A stretch of 64,000 nt of DNA from Candidatus Peribacteria bacterium (GCA_041691135.1 JBEPVF010000007.1:13377-77376); one strand, 5' to 3'; positions 1-9,816 are shown, counted from the first letter of the stretch. Numbers and translations are program-made. The notes: a model not told the origin generated them from the sequence alone.

Positions 1-377
1 ATCTGCGCAGCGCAGACGGCGTTGGCATACCAGGAATCTTTTTGCACATCGAAGAAGAAAATATGAATCTTGTCCGTCTCGTGATCCGACACGCAGTTAT
101 TGGTCACATCGGTGTTGAGGAAGAATGGATTCGTGATGAAGTACGCGAATTCAGCGCGATTGATTTGCTGGTCAGGCTTGAATGTTCCATCGGCGTAGCC
201 GCGAATTAAATTTTGCTGACGGAAGTATTCAATCGACGTGTAGAACGGTGATGTGGTCGGGACATCGGTGAACGGAGCATTCGAGAATGGTGTGGTGGCT
301 GCCAGAGTCGGTGCGGCGGTACACAGAATTGACAGCGCCGTCAGAAGGCCGAAGCCAGCGCGGAGATGCGTGGTCAT
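1..377 (-). CDS. S-layer homology (SLH) domain protein, 3' end runs off window
   Basis: Manual translation from ATG 377: signal peptide, then FTDVPTTSPFYTSIEYFRQQNLIRGYADGTFKPDQQINRAEF (SLH consensus) and the start of a second repeat FFDVQKDSWYANAV. Not in the ORF track because it is partial. Confidence 0.88.
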   Translation of the reverse strand, partial: MTTHLRAGFGLLTALSILCTAAPTLAATTPFSNAPFTDVPTTSPFYTSIEYFRQQNLIRGYADGTFKPDQQINRAEFAYFITNPFFLNTDVTNNCVSDHETDKIHIFFFDVQKDSWYANAVCAAQ

Positions 378-444
378 GGAAAGAAGGGGGAAAGGAGAGG
401 AAGGGAGATCCTCGGGGTGTTACAACGCATGTATACTCTTTTCC

Positions 445-1179
445 TTACAAGCCTGGGCTTGACGATGCCGGTCCGTGTTCGATGGCCGCATTGATTTTGC
501 CGCGTAAATCGGCGTATTCGGGCAGCCCCACTGCTTTATCTTCGTCAAGGACGAATGTGGGCACCAGCGTGATGCCCAGCTGTTTCAGAGAGTGATTCTG
601 CTCGTCGAGGGTTGCTTTGGTGGCGGCATCATGGAGACAGGCGGTGAAATCCTTCTCGTTCAGGGTCAATTGTTTTGCCAGTTTAACGACGGTTTTTTCG
701 TCACGTGGCTGCAATGAAAACAGGGAATTGTGGATGGCCAGTCCCTTGCCTTGCTTGGCACCACATAGCAAAGCGGCGGCGAACAGATTGCTTTCGGTGT
801 ACTTCAGAAGCGGCAGTGTCACCACTTGGTAACGCAGTAGTCCCGTATTGATGAAATCCTGTTTCAGGCGTGGAAAATCCTCCAGTTCAAATTGCCGGCA
901 GTACGTGCAGGCATGGTTTGTGACCAGCAGAAGGGTGTGCGGCGCGCCGCTCTTGCCTAGTTCCACAACACCGGAAGCCAAGAGAGATTCGCGCACGGCA
1001 CCGGTACCTGCCTTCACCGACGCAGGTATCTGGACGGCCGTCCCATCGTCGCTGCTCACGGACGAAGAGACCGAACTGCGGCTGGAACTGCTTAGAAAAG
1101 ATGTACTGGTTGGTCGTGGGGCGCAGGCAGCCAGCAAAAGCAGTCCCAGAACCAGGCCGACAACGTATGTCTTTTTCAT
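445..1179 (-). CDS. DsbA/thioredoxin-fold lipoprotein
   Basis: Lipobox LLAAC, Ser-rich linker, CTYC active site, cis-Pro loop LVPTF. Confidence 0.85.
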   Translation of the reverse strand: MKKTYVVGLVLGLLLLAACAPRPTSTSFLSSSSRSSVSSSVSSDDGTAVQIPASVKAGTGAVRESLLASGVVELGKSGAPHTLLLVTNHACTYCRQFELEDFPRLKQDFINTGLLRYQVVTLPLLKYTESNLFAAALLCGAKQGKGLAIHNSLFSLQPRDEKTVVKLAKQLTLNEKDFTACLHDAATKATLDEQNHSLKQLGITLVPTFVLDEDKAVGLPEYADLRGKINAAIEHGPASSSPGL

Positions 1180-1243
1180 GACGATCGAGAGGATAGCGGG
1201 AATCGCTGGCTTGTCGCTAGTAGCAGCTTGTAGGATCTTGGTT

Positions 1244-2008
1244 ATGGGACAGCTGCCTCTTTCTTTGCGTCAGCGCATTCAGTTGTTGGGCGTACCTATC
1301 GATGTTCTCACGCACACGGAGGCGATTCGCTGTCTGCAGGAATTTCTGATCGATGGCCATCAGCATCATGTGATGACACCCAACAGCGAGATGCTGGTTG
1401 CGTCATGTACTGATGCTGCATTTCGCGAGGTGCTCAAACACAGTGATCTGAACTTGCCCGACAGCAGTGGTCTGCTATTTGCCGCGCGCTGGACCGGTCA
1501 GCGTCTCCCCGAACGCGTGACAGGTGTCGATACGGTCACTCACTTGTGTGCCCAACTGGCGCCCGATCATCCGGTGTATCTGCTGGGTGCAGCACCGGGT
1601 ATTGCCGAGCGAGCGGCTGCGGCGTTGCAGACCGTCAATCCTCAGCTTCGCATAGGGGGCACCTTTGCCGGTTCGCCGCGTGCAGAGGCCGTGGCTGACA
1701 TTATCGAGCGCATCAATGCCGCCAAACCGCATGTATTATTTGTGGCCTATGGCGCACCGTCTCAGGATCAGTGGATCGCACGGTACCTCAGTCAGATGCC
1801 GAGCGTGCGCATCGCCATCGGCGTCGGCGGGACTTTCGATTTTTTGGCCGGTCATATCAAACGTGCGCCGTTGCTTCTCCGCCGGTTGCATCTCGAATGG
1901 GCATGGCGGTTTGGGCAGGAGCCATCGCGTTGGAAAAGGATAGGGCGGGCGGCGGTCGTGTTTCCCATCCTGGTTCTGCGGTATGGAAAAGAAGCACCCA
2001 GAAATTGA
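1244..2008 (+). CDS. WecB/TagA/CpsF family glycosyltransferase (GT26)
   Basis: TPNSE, LPDSSG, RVTGVD, VAYGAPSQDQW, GVGGTFD and LEWAWR motifs. Start moved from 848 to ATG 1244 to avoid overlap with the DsbA gene. Confidence 0.92.
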   Translation: MGQLPLSLRQRIQLLGVPIDVLTHTEAIRCLQEFLIDGHQHHVMTPNSEMLVASCTDAAFREVLKHSDLNLPDSSGLLFAARWTGQRLPERVTGVDTVTHLCAQLAPDHPVYLLGAAPGIAERAAAALQTVNPQLRIGGTFAGSPRAEAVADIIERINAAKPHVLFVAYGAPSQDQWIARYLSQMPSVRIAIGVGGTFDFLAGHIKRAPLLLRRLHLEWAWRFGQEPSRWKRIGRAAVVFPILVLRYGKEAPRN

Positions 2009-2064
2009 GGATGGAAAATTAGAGCAGTCACACTGACTCCTGAACTACCTCCGGCATTCTCAAT

Positions 2065-2376
2065 TTACTCGTGTAGCAACTCCCGGTCTGTCATTGCCCA
2101 TAGGCCATCCTCTTTTCGGATTTTGATCAATTCGTGTCCCTTGGGAGAGGTAACCAGATAGTCGCGTTGCGTCAGGCGTTCACGAAGGAGTTCGGCGTGA
2201 GTAATGGTCGGATCCAGTACGTATAAAGCGAGATCGGGTTTATCGATAAGAGCAGCGTTTAAATTCAGCGTCGCACGTGCGAGCGCAGCCGCCAAACTTA
2301 CGATGGCAATGCACAGAATCAATGTCCACACAGTGGCTTTGACGAAGTGCGGGCGAGGGATGGAAGAGAAGTCCAT
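2065..2376 (-). CDS. hypothetical single-pass membrane protein
   Basis: 103-aa ORF filling the gap, with one hydrophobic helix. Confidence 0.55.
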   Translation of the reverse strand: MDFSSIPRPHFVKATVWTLILCIAIVSLAAALARATLNLNAALIDKPDLALYVLDPTITHAELLRERLTQRDYLVTSPKGHELIKIRKEDGLWAMTDRELLHE

Positions 2377-2501
2377 AAATCATAGTATTATACCAGAAAA
2401 TTTGGTTGGAATCCAGGAATTAGGATTCTCACAGGTTCTGCGACCTCAATCCCGTTTCCGGACTCGTGGCTCATTGCAGTCGCTCATGCTAGATTCGTGC
2501 C

Positions 2502-3170
2502 ATGTCGACGCTCATCCTTCTCCGCCATGGCCAGTCGCAGTGGAATCTGGAAAACCGGTTTACGGGTTGGACGGATGTGCCGCTCACCGCCCAAGGCGAA
2601 GCGGATGCGGCTAAGGCGGGACAGGCGCTCAAGGAATATTCTTTTCAGCGTGCATTCACATCGAAACTGCAACGGGCGACCAAAACGCTCGAGATTGTTT
2701 TGCGTGAACTCGGTCAATTGCAGATACCAGTCGTATCAGATGTTGCGCTGAACGAGCGACATTACGGTGATCTGCAGGGGCTCAACAAAGCCGAGACGGC
2801 CGAGAAGTACGGGCAGGATCAGGTAAAGCTGTGGCGCCGGAGCTACGACACCGCGCCGCCGGGCGGCGAGAGCATGGCTGATTGTGAGAAGCGTACGAAT
2901 CCGTTTTTCCTCGAACAAGTGTTGCCGCATGTTGAAGCGGGCGAGAATGTCATCGTCGTGGCACACGGGAATTCCCTGCGCCCGATCATCAAATATTTGG
3001 ACAAACTGGAGCCCGAAGCAGCCGCGACGCTCGAGATCGGACTCTGCACGCCGTACATTTACACTTTCGAAGGAAAAAATCTGGTGAAGCGTGAAGTGCG
3101 TGAAGTGCCGGGGATTGTGACGAAAGGATCGAGTACGACCGAAAAGACGGTAGAAGGAGGAAGAGTTTAA
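2502..3170 (+). CDS. gpmA: 2,3-bisphosphoglycerate-dependent phosphoglycerate mutase
   Basis: LRHGQSQWNLENRFTGWTDV, LNERHYGDLQG, WRRSYD and AHGNSLR motifs. Confidence 0.96.
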   Translation: MSTLILLRHGQSQWNLENRFTGWTDVPLTAQGEADAAKAGQALKEYSFQRAFTSKLQRATKTLEIVLRELGQLQIPVVSDVALNERHYGDLQGLNKAETAEKYGQDQVKLWRRSYDTAPPGGESMADCEKRTNPFFLEQVLPHVEAGENVIVVAHGNSLRPIIKYLDKLEPEAAATLEIGLCTPYIYTFEGKNLVKREVREVPGIVTKGSSTTEKTVEGGRV

Positions 3171-3627
3171 GAGGTGAAAGCTTCGTGTGCTTGTATCGAG
3201 ACAATAGAACCTTTTTGTTTAAAACTAAGGCAAAGGAACACACCCAATCGTTCCTGCTTAACGAGTTCTTGTACCGCCATAATTTCGCTATCCAATCCGC
3301 GAATATCCAAGATAGATCCTTCTTGATTGGTAGGACGTATTGTCAGGGTTTCTTCCGGACGCTTGTACCAGCTACTACCGTGCTGATCGATGGCCATATC
3401 TGCGAAGTTGCATTGGCGTTTCAGTCTTGCCTGTACGTGTTCATATTGGTGGAAAACTCTGCTGCGGTATTTTGGTGGGATGGATCGATGATGAGGCGAA
3501 ACGCATAGTAAAAACCTGGCTCAATGATTGTGAATTCTTGTAAGAGAGAATCAGCTTTGGTCTCAGTGGTTGTTTGTAATACGCCATTCCGTTCAGTACG
3601 GGTAAGAGACATGATTGAATTCTCCAT
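3167..3627 (-). pseudogene. possible frameshifted or fragmented lower-GC ORFan (3421-3627 and 3167-3397)
   Basis: Two short same-strand ORFs in different frames fill a 490-bp gap; no family recognised. Confidence 0.25.
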
Positions 3628-3663
3628 TCCCTCTATCCCTGAGTCAAAGTATTCTACTCACCG

Positions 3664-5001
3664 ATGCAAGATATCACGTACCGCTCCGACAAATTTTTCG
3701 AAGAGACCGGCGATCATCCCGATCGTCATGTGCATATTATTCTGATTGCCACGAAGCCGGATATCATTAAGCAGGTGCCGCTCTATAAAGAACTGAAGAA
3801 GCGGGGCCATTTGGTGCTCCTTGGGCATACCGGGCAGCACTACGACGAGAACTTATCGGGCGGAATGCTCAAGGAATTCGGCGTCGAACCGGATTTCAAT
3901 TTGAATGTGCGCGGTGCGATGCATGAAGTGGTGAGCCAGATCATCGGACGGCTGGGACATGTGATCGACGAACTGAAGAAACGCGACAAGATCGTGATCC
4001 CATACGTGCATGGCGATACGACCACGGCGATGGCCGCATCGAATGCGGGATACTGTCATATGTTTGGATCGGTGCATGTGGAGGCAGGCATTCGCACGCT
4101 CACGCCGAAATATGGTGATGAAGCGCACCATGCGTGGGACAGCGAAGAGGCTTTCGATGTGAGCCACTGGTACAACTTTTTGCAGAAGGAAGAGAACTGG
4201 GAACGTGGCAGCCAGGAGCCGTTTCCGGAGCAGTTCAACACGCGTGCCAGCGAGGCGGCGACGGGGGTGCATCTGGCGCCGCACGAACTCGACCGGCATT
4301 TTTTGGAGAGTGAGGGCTACGCATCGGATCGGATTTTCGTCGTCGGCAATTCGGTTGCTGATGCAACGTTGGAAGCCGTGGCGAATTCTGGAAGTACCAA
4401 GATTTTCCAGGAATATCCGCTGCTCAAGACCGGTAACTTTGTGCGTTTCTGCATCCATCGACGCGAAAACTGTTTATCCGAGCTGCGCTTCCGTTCGATC
4501 TACGATGCGATGGTCGGTTTGGTACGTGACGGCAAAAGCGTCCTGCTCATTTCGATGTTTCAAACCGAACAAGCGCTCGATCGGTTTGGCATGCGCGAGG
4601 AAGTCGAGCGATTGCAGAATGAGTTTCCAAACTTCATCTACTCGCCGGTATGGTCGCAGTACACCGATGTGATCGCCGCTATGAGCAAGGCATCTGTCTG
4701 TGCCACCGATAGCGGATCGATGCAGGAGGAGATGAATATTCTCGGCGTGCCGTGCGTCACGCTCCGTTTCGGTTCCGACCGCAGCGAGTCCATCATGAAC
4801 GGCGGCAATATCATCGCACCGCCCGTCAGCTCCTCGCTCATCCGCTCAGTGATCGACTTCGCCTGGGACAATGAATATATGCGGCGGCGTCCCAAAATCT
4901 ATGGCGAGAATGTGAGTGCTAAATGTATCGATGCGGTGGTGAAAGTATTGGCAGAAGGGGAGGTGTTTCGGAGTGAAGAGGAGAGATTGGGATTGCGGTA
5001 G
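3664..5001 (+). CDS. wecB: UDP-N-acetylglucosamine 2-epimerase
   Basis: TKPDIIK, HTGQHYD, VHGDTTT, HVEAGIRT, PFPEQFN, HRREN and TDSGSMQEE motifs. Confidence 0.92.
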   Translation: MQDITYRSDKFFEETGDHPDRHVHIILIATKPDIIKQVPLYKELKKRGHLVLLGHTGQHYDENLSGGMLKEFGVEPDFNLNVRGAMHEVVSQIIGRLGHVIDELKKRDKIVIPYVHGDTTTAMAASNAGYCHMFGSVHVEAGIRTLTPKYGDEAHHAWDSEEAFDVSHWYNFLQKEENWERGSQEPFPEQFNTRASEAATGVHLAPHELDRHFLESEGYASDRIFVVGNSVADATLEAVANSGSTKIFQEYPLLKTGNFVRFCIHRRENCLSELRFRSIYDAMVGLVRDGKSVLLISMFQTEQALDRFGMREEVERLQNEFPNFIYSPVWSQYTDVIAAMSKASVCATDSGSMQEEMNILGVPCVTLRFGSDRSESIMNGGNIIAPPVSSSLIRSVIDFAWDNEYMRRRPKIYGENVSAKCIDAVVKVLAEGEVFRSEEERLGLR

Positions 5002-5051
5002 GCTTTCACCTTTACCTTGGGAGCGGATCTGTCACCCTTCACCCTCACCCG

Positions 5052-5327
5052 CAGCAGCAGCCGTCCCCGGCTGCGGTGTCTGAACTATTCTCCTACACGA
5101 ACAGTATCAGTCACCACTGGTGTTCTTTTTCTTGTCTCCCCGCGACAAGAAAAAGAACCAAAAAGAAGCGCACCGCCTATGACCCACCTCATGTCGATGG
5201 AGCGCCTATGGCTTGCTCCATCGACATTCGTACCCACTCATCCCCACCACATAGGCGGAGGGGGTCATTGTCTGGAATAGCGAGCAGGCGAAGAGGTTGG
5301 GCGGCCTCTAGCCGCCTGGGAGTAGTG
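5052..5327. repeat. structured dispersed repeat, family 1, copy A
   Basis: Core 5119-5327 shared with 23496-23738 and with the copy ending at 27535; 5' module CAGCAGCAGCCGTCCCCGGCTGCGGTGTCTGA shared with copy B; multiple hairpins. Confidence 0.92.
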
Positions 5328-5360
5328 GAGACAGCTTCATTAAACAGTACACAAATACAT

Positions 5361-5524
5361 CTCCCTCTCCCGGCAGGTTTCTGATGTTCCATGACGAACA
5401 GACGCTCACTACTTCCTTTGCGGTATGGGAAGGAGGGAGAGGGCCGGGGTGAGGGAGCACCCGCCAACGATGAATCGACCAGCTTCCACCGACCGCGTAG
5501 AAAGCGGCAGCGCCCTGCTGAAAA
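5361..5524. repeat. REP-like hairpin (CCCTCTCCC...GGGAGAGGG) plus flanking arm motif
   Basis: CTCCCTCTCCC at 5361 pairs with GGGAGAGGG near 5436, followed by CCGGGGTGAGGG; 5468-5524 resembles 20817-20874. Confidence 0.65.
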
Positions 5525-5648
5525 ATATCATCAAGCTCTTGATTCCCCTGCATCCTCTTCCTCTGTCCCCTCTGCCACCTCGGTCACTTCGGTCACCTCT
5601 CTCTTAAGACCCCGTGCCTCCTGCCTCTCAATCAGCTAGCATTGCTCT

Positions 5649-7130
5649 ATGCTTCAAAAAGCCCGTGAATCGCTCACGCTGATATTGATCACGTTGCTGC
5701 CGTTTCATGCCTTGTTTGTGACGGTTGTGACGAAGGTGCTCTTGGGAGAAGGACATGCTCCTTTGAGCGTGCTCGCACTGTGGAAGGAGGCATTGTTGGT
5801 CGTCATTGTCGGGTTTGCGTGCGTGGAAATTTTTCGAAGTGCATCTGCGCGGGAGATGCGGCGGGTCGATATTTTTGATGTGCTCCTGCTGGCATTGATT
5901 GCGATCGCTGTGCTGCTCACGGCAATGAATCAGGAATGGAAGCATGCGCTCTACGGTTTCAAATACGACCTGTTTGTGCCGGCGGCGTTTTTGGTTTTGC
6001 GACGCGTGTCGTGGTCCGAACAATTTCGCCATACCCTGGCGAAGTCCGTAATGATCGTCGGCGGGTTCTTGGCTCTGTATGGATTGCTCACGCTGCTCTT
6101 TCCCGAGTCGTTCTTCCATCTGCTCGGCTATTCGGATTTGCATTCACTGTATTTGCCGAATGGATCATTGGCGCCGTTCCAGCAAATCGGCGGCCTTGGG
6201 CTGCGTCGTATCCAGAGCACCATGAGCGGACCGAACCAATTTGGCCTATGGCTCCTCATTCCGTTTTCGATCGCCTTGTGTACGGCATGGAAAGGGGAAG
6301 ATCACCTGCGGTCTCCTATGCGCACTACCGCCGAAACGCTGCCGCAAGCTTATCGGCCACGCGAATATTTTCCTTACTTGCTGCTCCTGCTCCTCGCCAT
6401 TCTCTTCACCTTCTCGCGCTCGGCGTGGATTGCGGTAATCCTCATCCTCTTTGGTTTCTTGTTCCTCACGCTTCCGCAACGCGTATCGTGGTCCATCACG
6501 CTGAGCACGCTGATTTTTGCTCTCCTGGTCGGCACGGTTGTCGGCTCGCTGGCGCCGGGAGTGGTGTTGCGTGTCGCATCATCCAAAGGACATATCGACC
6601 GGCCGATACAGGCCATGGAAACCATGCGTGCCAACCCGTTGGGCCTCGGCCTCGGGACAGCGGGACCTGCCAGCAATCGCTTCAGTGATGCGTGTGTGGA
6701 TGTGGAAGCCGGCAGTGATCTGTCGTGGGCGAAGTACCATCCGGAGCTGTGCTTATTGTCCGATGGTCGTCAGTTGAAGCCGGGAAACCGCACGTGCCAC
6801 TGTCCGCTGCTCACCGAGAACTGGTATCTGCAGATCGGTGTGGAGCTCGGCATTGCGGGCTTGATCCTGTGGACACTCATTACCATTCTTATGTTGCTGA
6901 AAACCGGTCGCGTCGCGATCACTGCCACCCGACGTGTCTTCAATCCGCGGCTGATGCATCGTGGTACGCAAGAGGCGAATCAATTCATCATCGAACGCTC
7001 GGCATTCCTCATGTTTCTGGGTGTGAGCGTGGCTGCGCTGTTTCTCCATGCGTGGGAGGATAGTGCGGTGATGATGACGGTGTGGGTGCTGTTGGCGCTT
7101 TCTCTATCTCAGAAGGGAAATACACGTTGA
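5649..7130 (+). CDS. O-antigen ligase/polymerase-like polytopic membrane protein
   Basis: About 12 hydrophobic helices; RIQSTMSGPN, FTFSRSAW, PLGLGLG and ENWYLQIGVELG motifs typical of Wzy_C/WaaL-like proteins. Confidence 0.8.
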   Translation: MLQKARESLTLILITLLPFHALFVTVVTKVLLGEGHAPLSVLALWKEALLVVIVGFACVEIFRSASAREMRRVDIFDVLLLALIAIAVLLTAMNQEWKHALYGFKYDLFVPAAFLVLRRVSWSEQFRHTLAKSVMIVGGFLALYGLLTLLFPESFFHLLGYSDLHSLYLPNGSLAPFQQIGGLGLRRIQSTMSGPNQFGLWLLIPFSIALCTAWKGEDHLRSPMRTTAETLPQAYRPREYFPYLLLLLLAILFTFSRSAWIAVILILFGFLFLTLPQRVSWSITLSTLIFALLVGTVVGSLAPGVVLRVASSKGHIDRPIQAMETMRANPLGLGLGTAGPASNRFSDACVDVEAGSDLSWAKYHPELCLLSDGRQLKPGNRTCHCPLLTENWYLQIGVELGIAGLILWTLITILMLLKTGRVAITATRRVFNPRLMHRGTQEANQFIIERSAFLMFLGVSVAALFLHAWEDSAVMMTVWVLLALSLSQKGNTR

Positions 7131-7686
7131 ATGCCTGTTGATACGATGTATCGCCGGCCTTACTTTCCTGGCGCAAGAAACGTAACCGCTCTCGAAGATA
7201 TTTCCGCATTTCGCGAATGTCACTCGGCATTCCCACAGGGTCCTGTTCTACTAATGGCTTCGGACGCTGTTTCTTTGGAGCTGGTTGCCTAGTTTTCTTT
7301 ACGCCTTTCCTCAGACAAGCAAGATAGTGCTTGTTTCCCATTTTGTTTGGTTCGCAGTTCTTTTTAAACAAGTGCTCTTGGAAGATTGCCATCACTTTGG
7401 CAATATCGTGGTTTGTCATTACTTTCAGTACTTGGTCAGTATCATCGGCATTTCTTTCGGCATGTTCTATTTGCTCCGTTGCCAGTGTTGGTACACGTAA
7501 CTTCAAACCCTCCATTCGCTGCCGATAAGATTCCTGTTCGCTTAGAGCGACCACAATTGTGTAGATGCGACTTCGAAGTTGATTCCTTTGCGTGTTGGTT
7601 TGTATAGCTTCAAGTTCTTCGGCAGCGGTGATTCTTAGTACGTACTCGCACCATTCTTTTGGTGTAGCTGATGCAGAATATCCCAT
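7009..7686 (-). CDS. hypothetical protein (lower-GC ORFan)
   Basis: 225-aa ORF; TTGACA about 30 nt upstream of the ATG on the minus strand; 3' end overlaps the convergent gene by 122 nt. Confidence 0.55.
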   Translation of the reverse strand: MGYSASATPKEWCEYVLRITAAEELEAIQTNTQRNQLRSRIYTIVVALSEQESYRQRMEGLKLRVPTLATEQIEHAERNADDTDQVLKVMTNHDIAKVMAIFQEHLFKKNCEPNKMGNKHYLACLRKGVKKTRQPAPKKQRPKPLVEQDPVGMPSDIREMRKYLRERLRFLRQESKAGDTSYQQAFNVYFPSEIEKAPTAPTPSSSPHYPPTHGETAQPRSHPET

Positions 7687-7768
7687 GTGTATATAATGCG
7701 TTGTACAGCTTTTTTGTCAATTTTTTCGAGGCGTTGCCCTCGGAGCGCCTCTTACTTACACTGCACCC

Positions 7769-9592
7769 ATGGAGGCGCCCATTCATCCTCGCAGTATCGT
7801 CATTCTCGATTTTGGGGGCCAGTATGCTCATCTGATAGCCCGACGCGTACGGCAGTGCGGGGCATATTCGGAGATTCTGCCACCCGAGACGTCGGCTGAC
7901 AGATTGAAGGACGCTGCCGGAATCATTCTGTCTGGCGGGCCGCAGAGTGTGTACGACGCCGGGAGTCCAAAGGCGGATCCGAAGATCCTGGAGCTTGGTA
8001 TTCCTGTTCTTGGCCTGTGTTATGGCCTGCATTGGATGACACAAGCTTTGGGCGGACAAGTGAAAGGCGGCAACGTGAAGGAGTATGGCAAGACGCGTAT
8101 TATCATCGAAAACGGTGGGGGCGCGCTGCTCCAGGATTGCGGTGACAGCTGTACGGTGTGGATGTCGCACGGTGACGAGGCGGCGAGGTTGCCCGATGGA
8201 TTCACGCTTATCGCAAGCTCCGAGACATGCAAGCATGCGGCATTCTCGGACGAAGACCGACGCCTGTTCGCGCTGCAATTTCATCCCGAGGTCACGCACA
8301 GCGAACACGGTTTCGATATGCTTCGTCGCTTCGTCGCGTTGTGCGATGCGGCACCTTGGGCGATCGAGAACTATACGGGCTACGTCGGTGAGCAGGTGAA
8401 GCAAGAAGTCAGCAATAGAAAAGTCTTTATGCTTGTGTCCGGCGGAGTTGATTCGACAGTAGCATTCACGCTGCTCAATCAAGTGCTGGGGAAAGATCGT
8501 GTGCAGGGATTGCTCGTGGACACGGGCCTGATGCGCAAGAACGAAGTGGCATTGATCAAAAATGCATTCGATCATCTGGGCATCGATAACTTGCACGTGG
8601 TCGATGAGTCCGAGACATTCTTCGAAAAATTGAAGGGAGTCTACGAACCGGAGCAGAAGCGAAAAATCATCGGCGACACCTTCCTCGATGTGCAGAAGCG
8701 TGTGAGCGAAGAGATGGATCTGCGCGTGGAAGACGGATGGATGCTCGGACAGGGAACCATCTATCCCGACACGATCGAAACTGGCGGAACCAAACATGCG
8801 GACAAGATCAAGACACATCACAACCGTGTCGATGCGATTCAGCAGATGATCGAGAAGGGACTCGTGATCGAGCCGCTCAAGGAACTCTACAAAGACGAAG
8901 TGCGAGCGCTGGGCGAAGAATTAGGTCTGCCGCACGATCTGGTGTGGCGTCATCCATTCCCGGGACCGGGGTTGGGGGTCAGAATTCTTTGTGCCGAGCA
9001 GTCATCGCCTTTGTCGTGGGAGCAGGCAGTGCCGAATGGAGCGCAGCTGACTGACTTCATCCAAAGCGGCGTGATCCTTCCGGTCAAATCAGTGGGCGTG
9101 CAGGGTGATGGGCGCACCTACCGTCATGCGGTCGCATATTTCACAGATGATCTGCGACAAATCCATGATGTGCATGTGCTCGCCACGATGGTGCCCAATG
9201 CCGTACCGACGCTGAATCGTGTTCTCCTGTGTATAGATCCTGATAAGAAGCCGAAAAAGTTTACGTTCACTCCTGGTTACCTCACGCGCGCGCGAGCCGA
9301 TCTGCTACGCGAGGCCGATGCGATTGTGGATGACGAGATGCGGAGGGCCGAGCTGTACAAAGAGATTTGGCAGTTCCCGGTCGTTCTCTTGCCAGTCGGT
9401 GTACAAGACGGTGGTCAGTCCATTGTGCTGCGTCCCATTACGTCCATCGATGCGATGTCGGCGGACGCCAAGTTGTTGCCCGATGATGTTCTGCGGACGA
9501 TCAACGATCGGATCCTGGCCGAAGTGCCGGGGATCGATGCGGTATTTTTGGATCTGACGAACAAACCGCCGGGCACGATAGAATGGGAATGA
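7769..9592 (+). CDS. guaA: GMP synthase (glutamine-hydrolysing)
   Basis: ILDFGGQY, GLCYG, QFHPEV, SGGVDS, IKTHHN, RHPFPGPGL and C-terminal KPPGTIEWE motifs. Confidence 0.97.
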   Translation: MEAPIHPRSIVILDFGGQYAHLIARRVRQCGAYSEILPPETSADRLKDAAGIILSGGPQSVYDAGSPKADPKILELGIPVLGLCYGLHWMTQALGGQVKGGNVKEYGKTRIIIENGGGALLQDCGDSCTVWMSHGDEAARLPDGFTLIASSETCKHAAFSDEDRRLFALQFHPEVTHSEHGFDMLRRFVALCDAAPWAIENYTGYVGEQVKQEVSNRKVFMLVSGGVDSTVAFTLLNQVLGKDRVQGLLVDTGLMRKNEVALIKNAFDHLGIDNLHVVDESETFFEKLKGVYEPEQKRKIIGDTFLDVQKRVSEEMDLRVEDGWMLGQGTIYPDTIETGGTKHADKIKTHHNRVDAIQQMIEKGLVIEPLKELYKDEVRALGEELGLPHDLVWRHPFPGPGLGVRILCAEQSSPLSWEQAVPNGAQLTDFIQSGVILPVKSVGVQGDGRTYRHAVAYFTDDLRQIHDVHVLATMVPNAVPTLNRVLLCIDPDKKPKKFTFTPGYLTRARADLLREADAIVDDEMRRAELYKEIWQFPVVLLPVGVQDGGQSIVLRPITSIDAMSADAKLLPDDVLRTINDRILAEVPGIDAVFLDLTNKPPGTIEWE

Positions 9593-9596
9593 GGTC

Positions 9597-9780
9597 ACCC
9601 CATCCGCGCTGCGGGGCACCTTCCCCGGCCCTCCCATACGCCAACACGGGGAAGGGCGAGAGAACAAAACAGAAACATTCCCTTCCCCGTGAAAGCCTCT
9701 GAAGATGTGTCATTTAGAAAAAAAGTCTGATTTTCTCAGAACAAGAATGGAGGAGGCGGGGGAAGGGCTAGGGATGGGGT
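9597..9780. mobile_element. 184-bp MITE/REPIN-like element, family 2, copy 1
   Basis: Ends ACCCCATC...GATGGGGT; reverse complement of 20622-20805 with two differences by my alignment. Confidence 0.85.
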
Positions 9781-9816
9781 GCTTCCACTGGCCAACTAGT
9801 CTAGAATCAAACTCTC

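Noticed and set aside
848-1243. N-terminal extension of the WecB/TagA glycosyltransferase
   Set aside because: Overlaps the opposite-strand DsbA gene; family similarity starts after ATG 1244.
5191-5227. Variable 13-mers of the family-1 repeat as guides targeting sites in this window
   Set aside because: I saw only a partial ~10-nt match (near 11230), compatible with chance; targeting is unsupported without a wider search.
5017-5639. Short ORFs across 5.0-5.6 kb, and similar ORFs at 9.5-9.7, 20.7, 23.4-23.7 and 27.1-27.5 kb that share peptides
   Set aside because: Shared peptides come from translating non-coding repeats; frames and ends are not preserved between copies.
7610-8821. 403-aa minus-strand ORF
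   Set aside because: Antisense shadow of guaA with no recognisable motifs.
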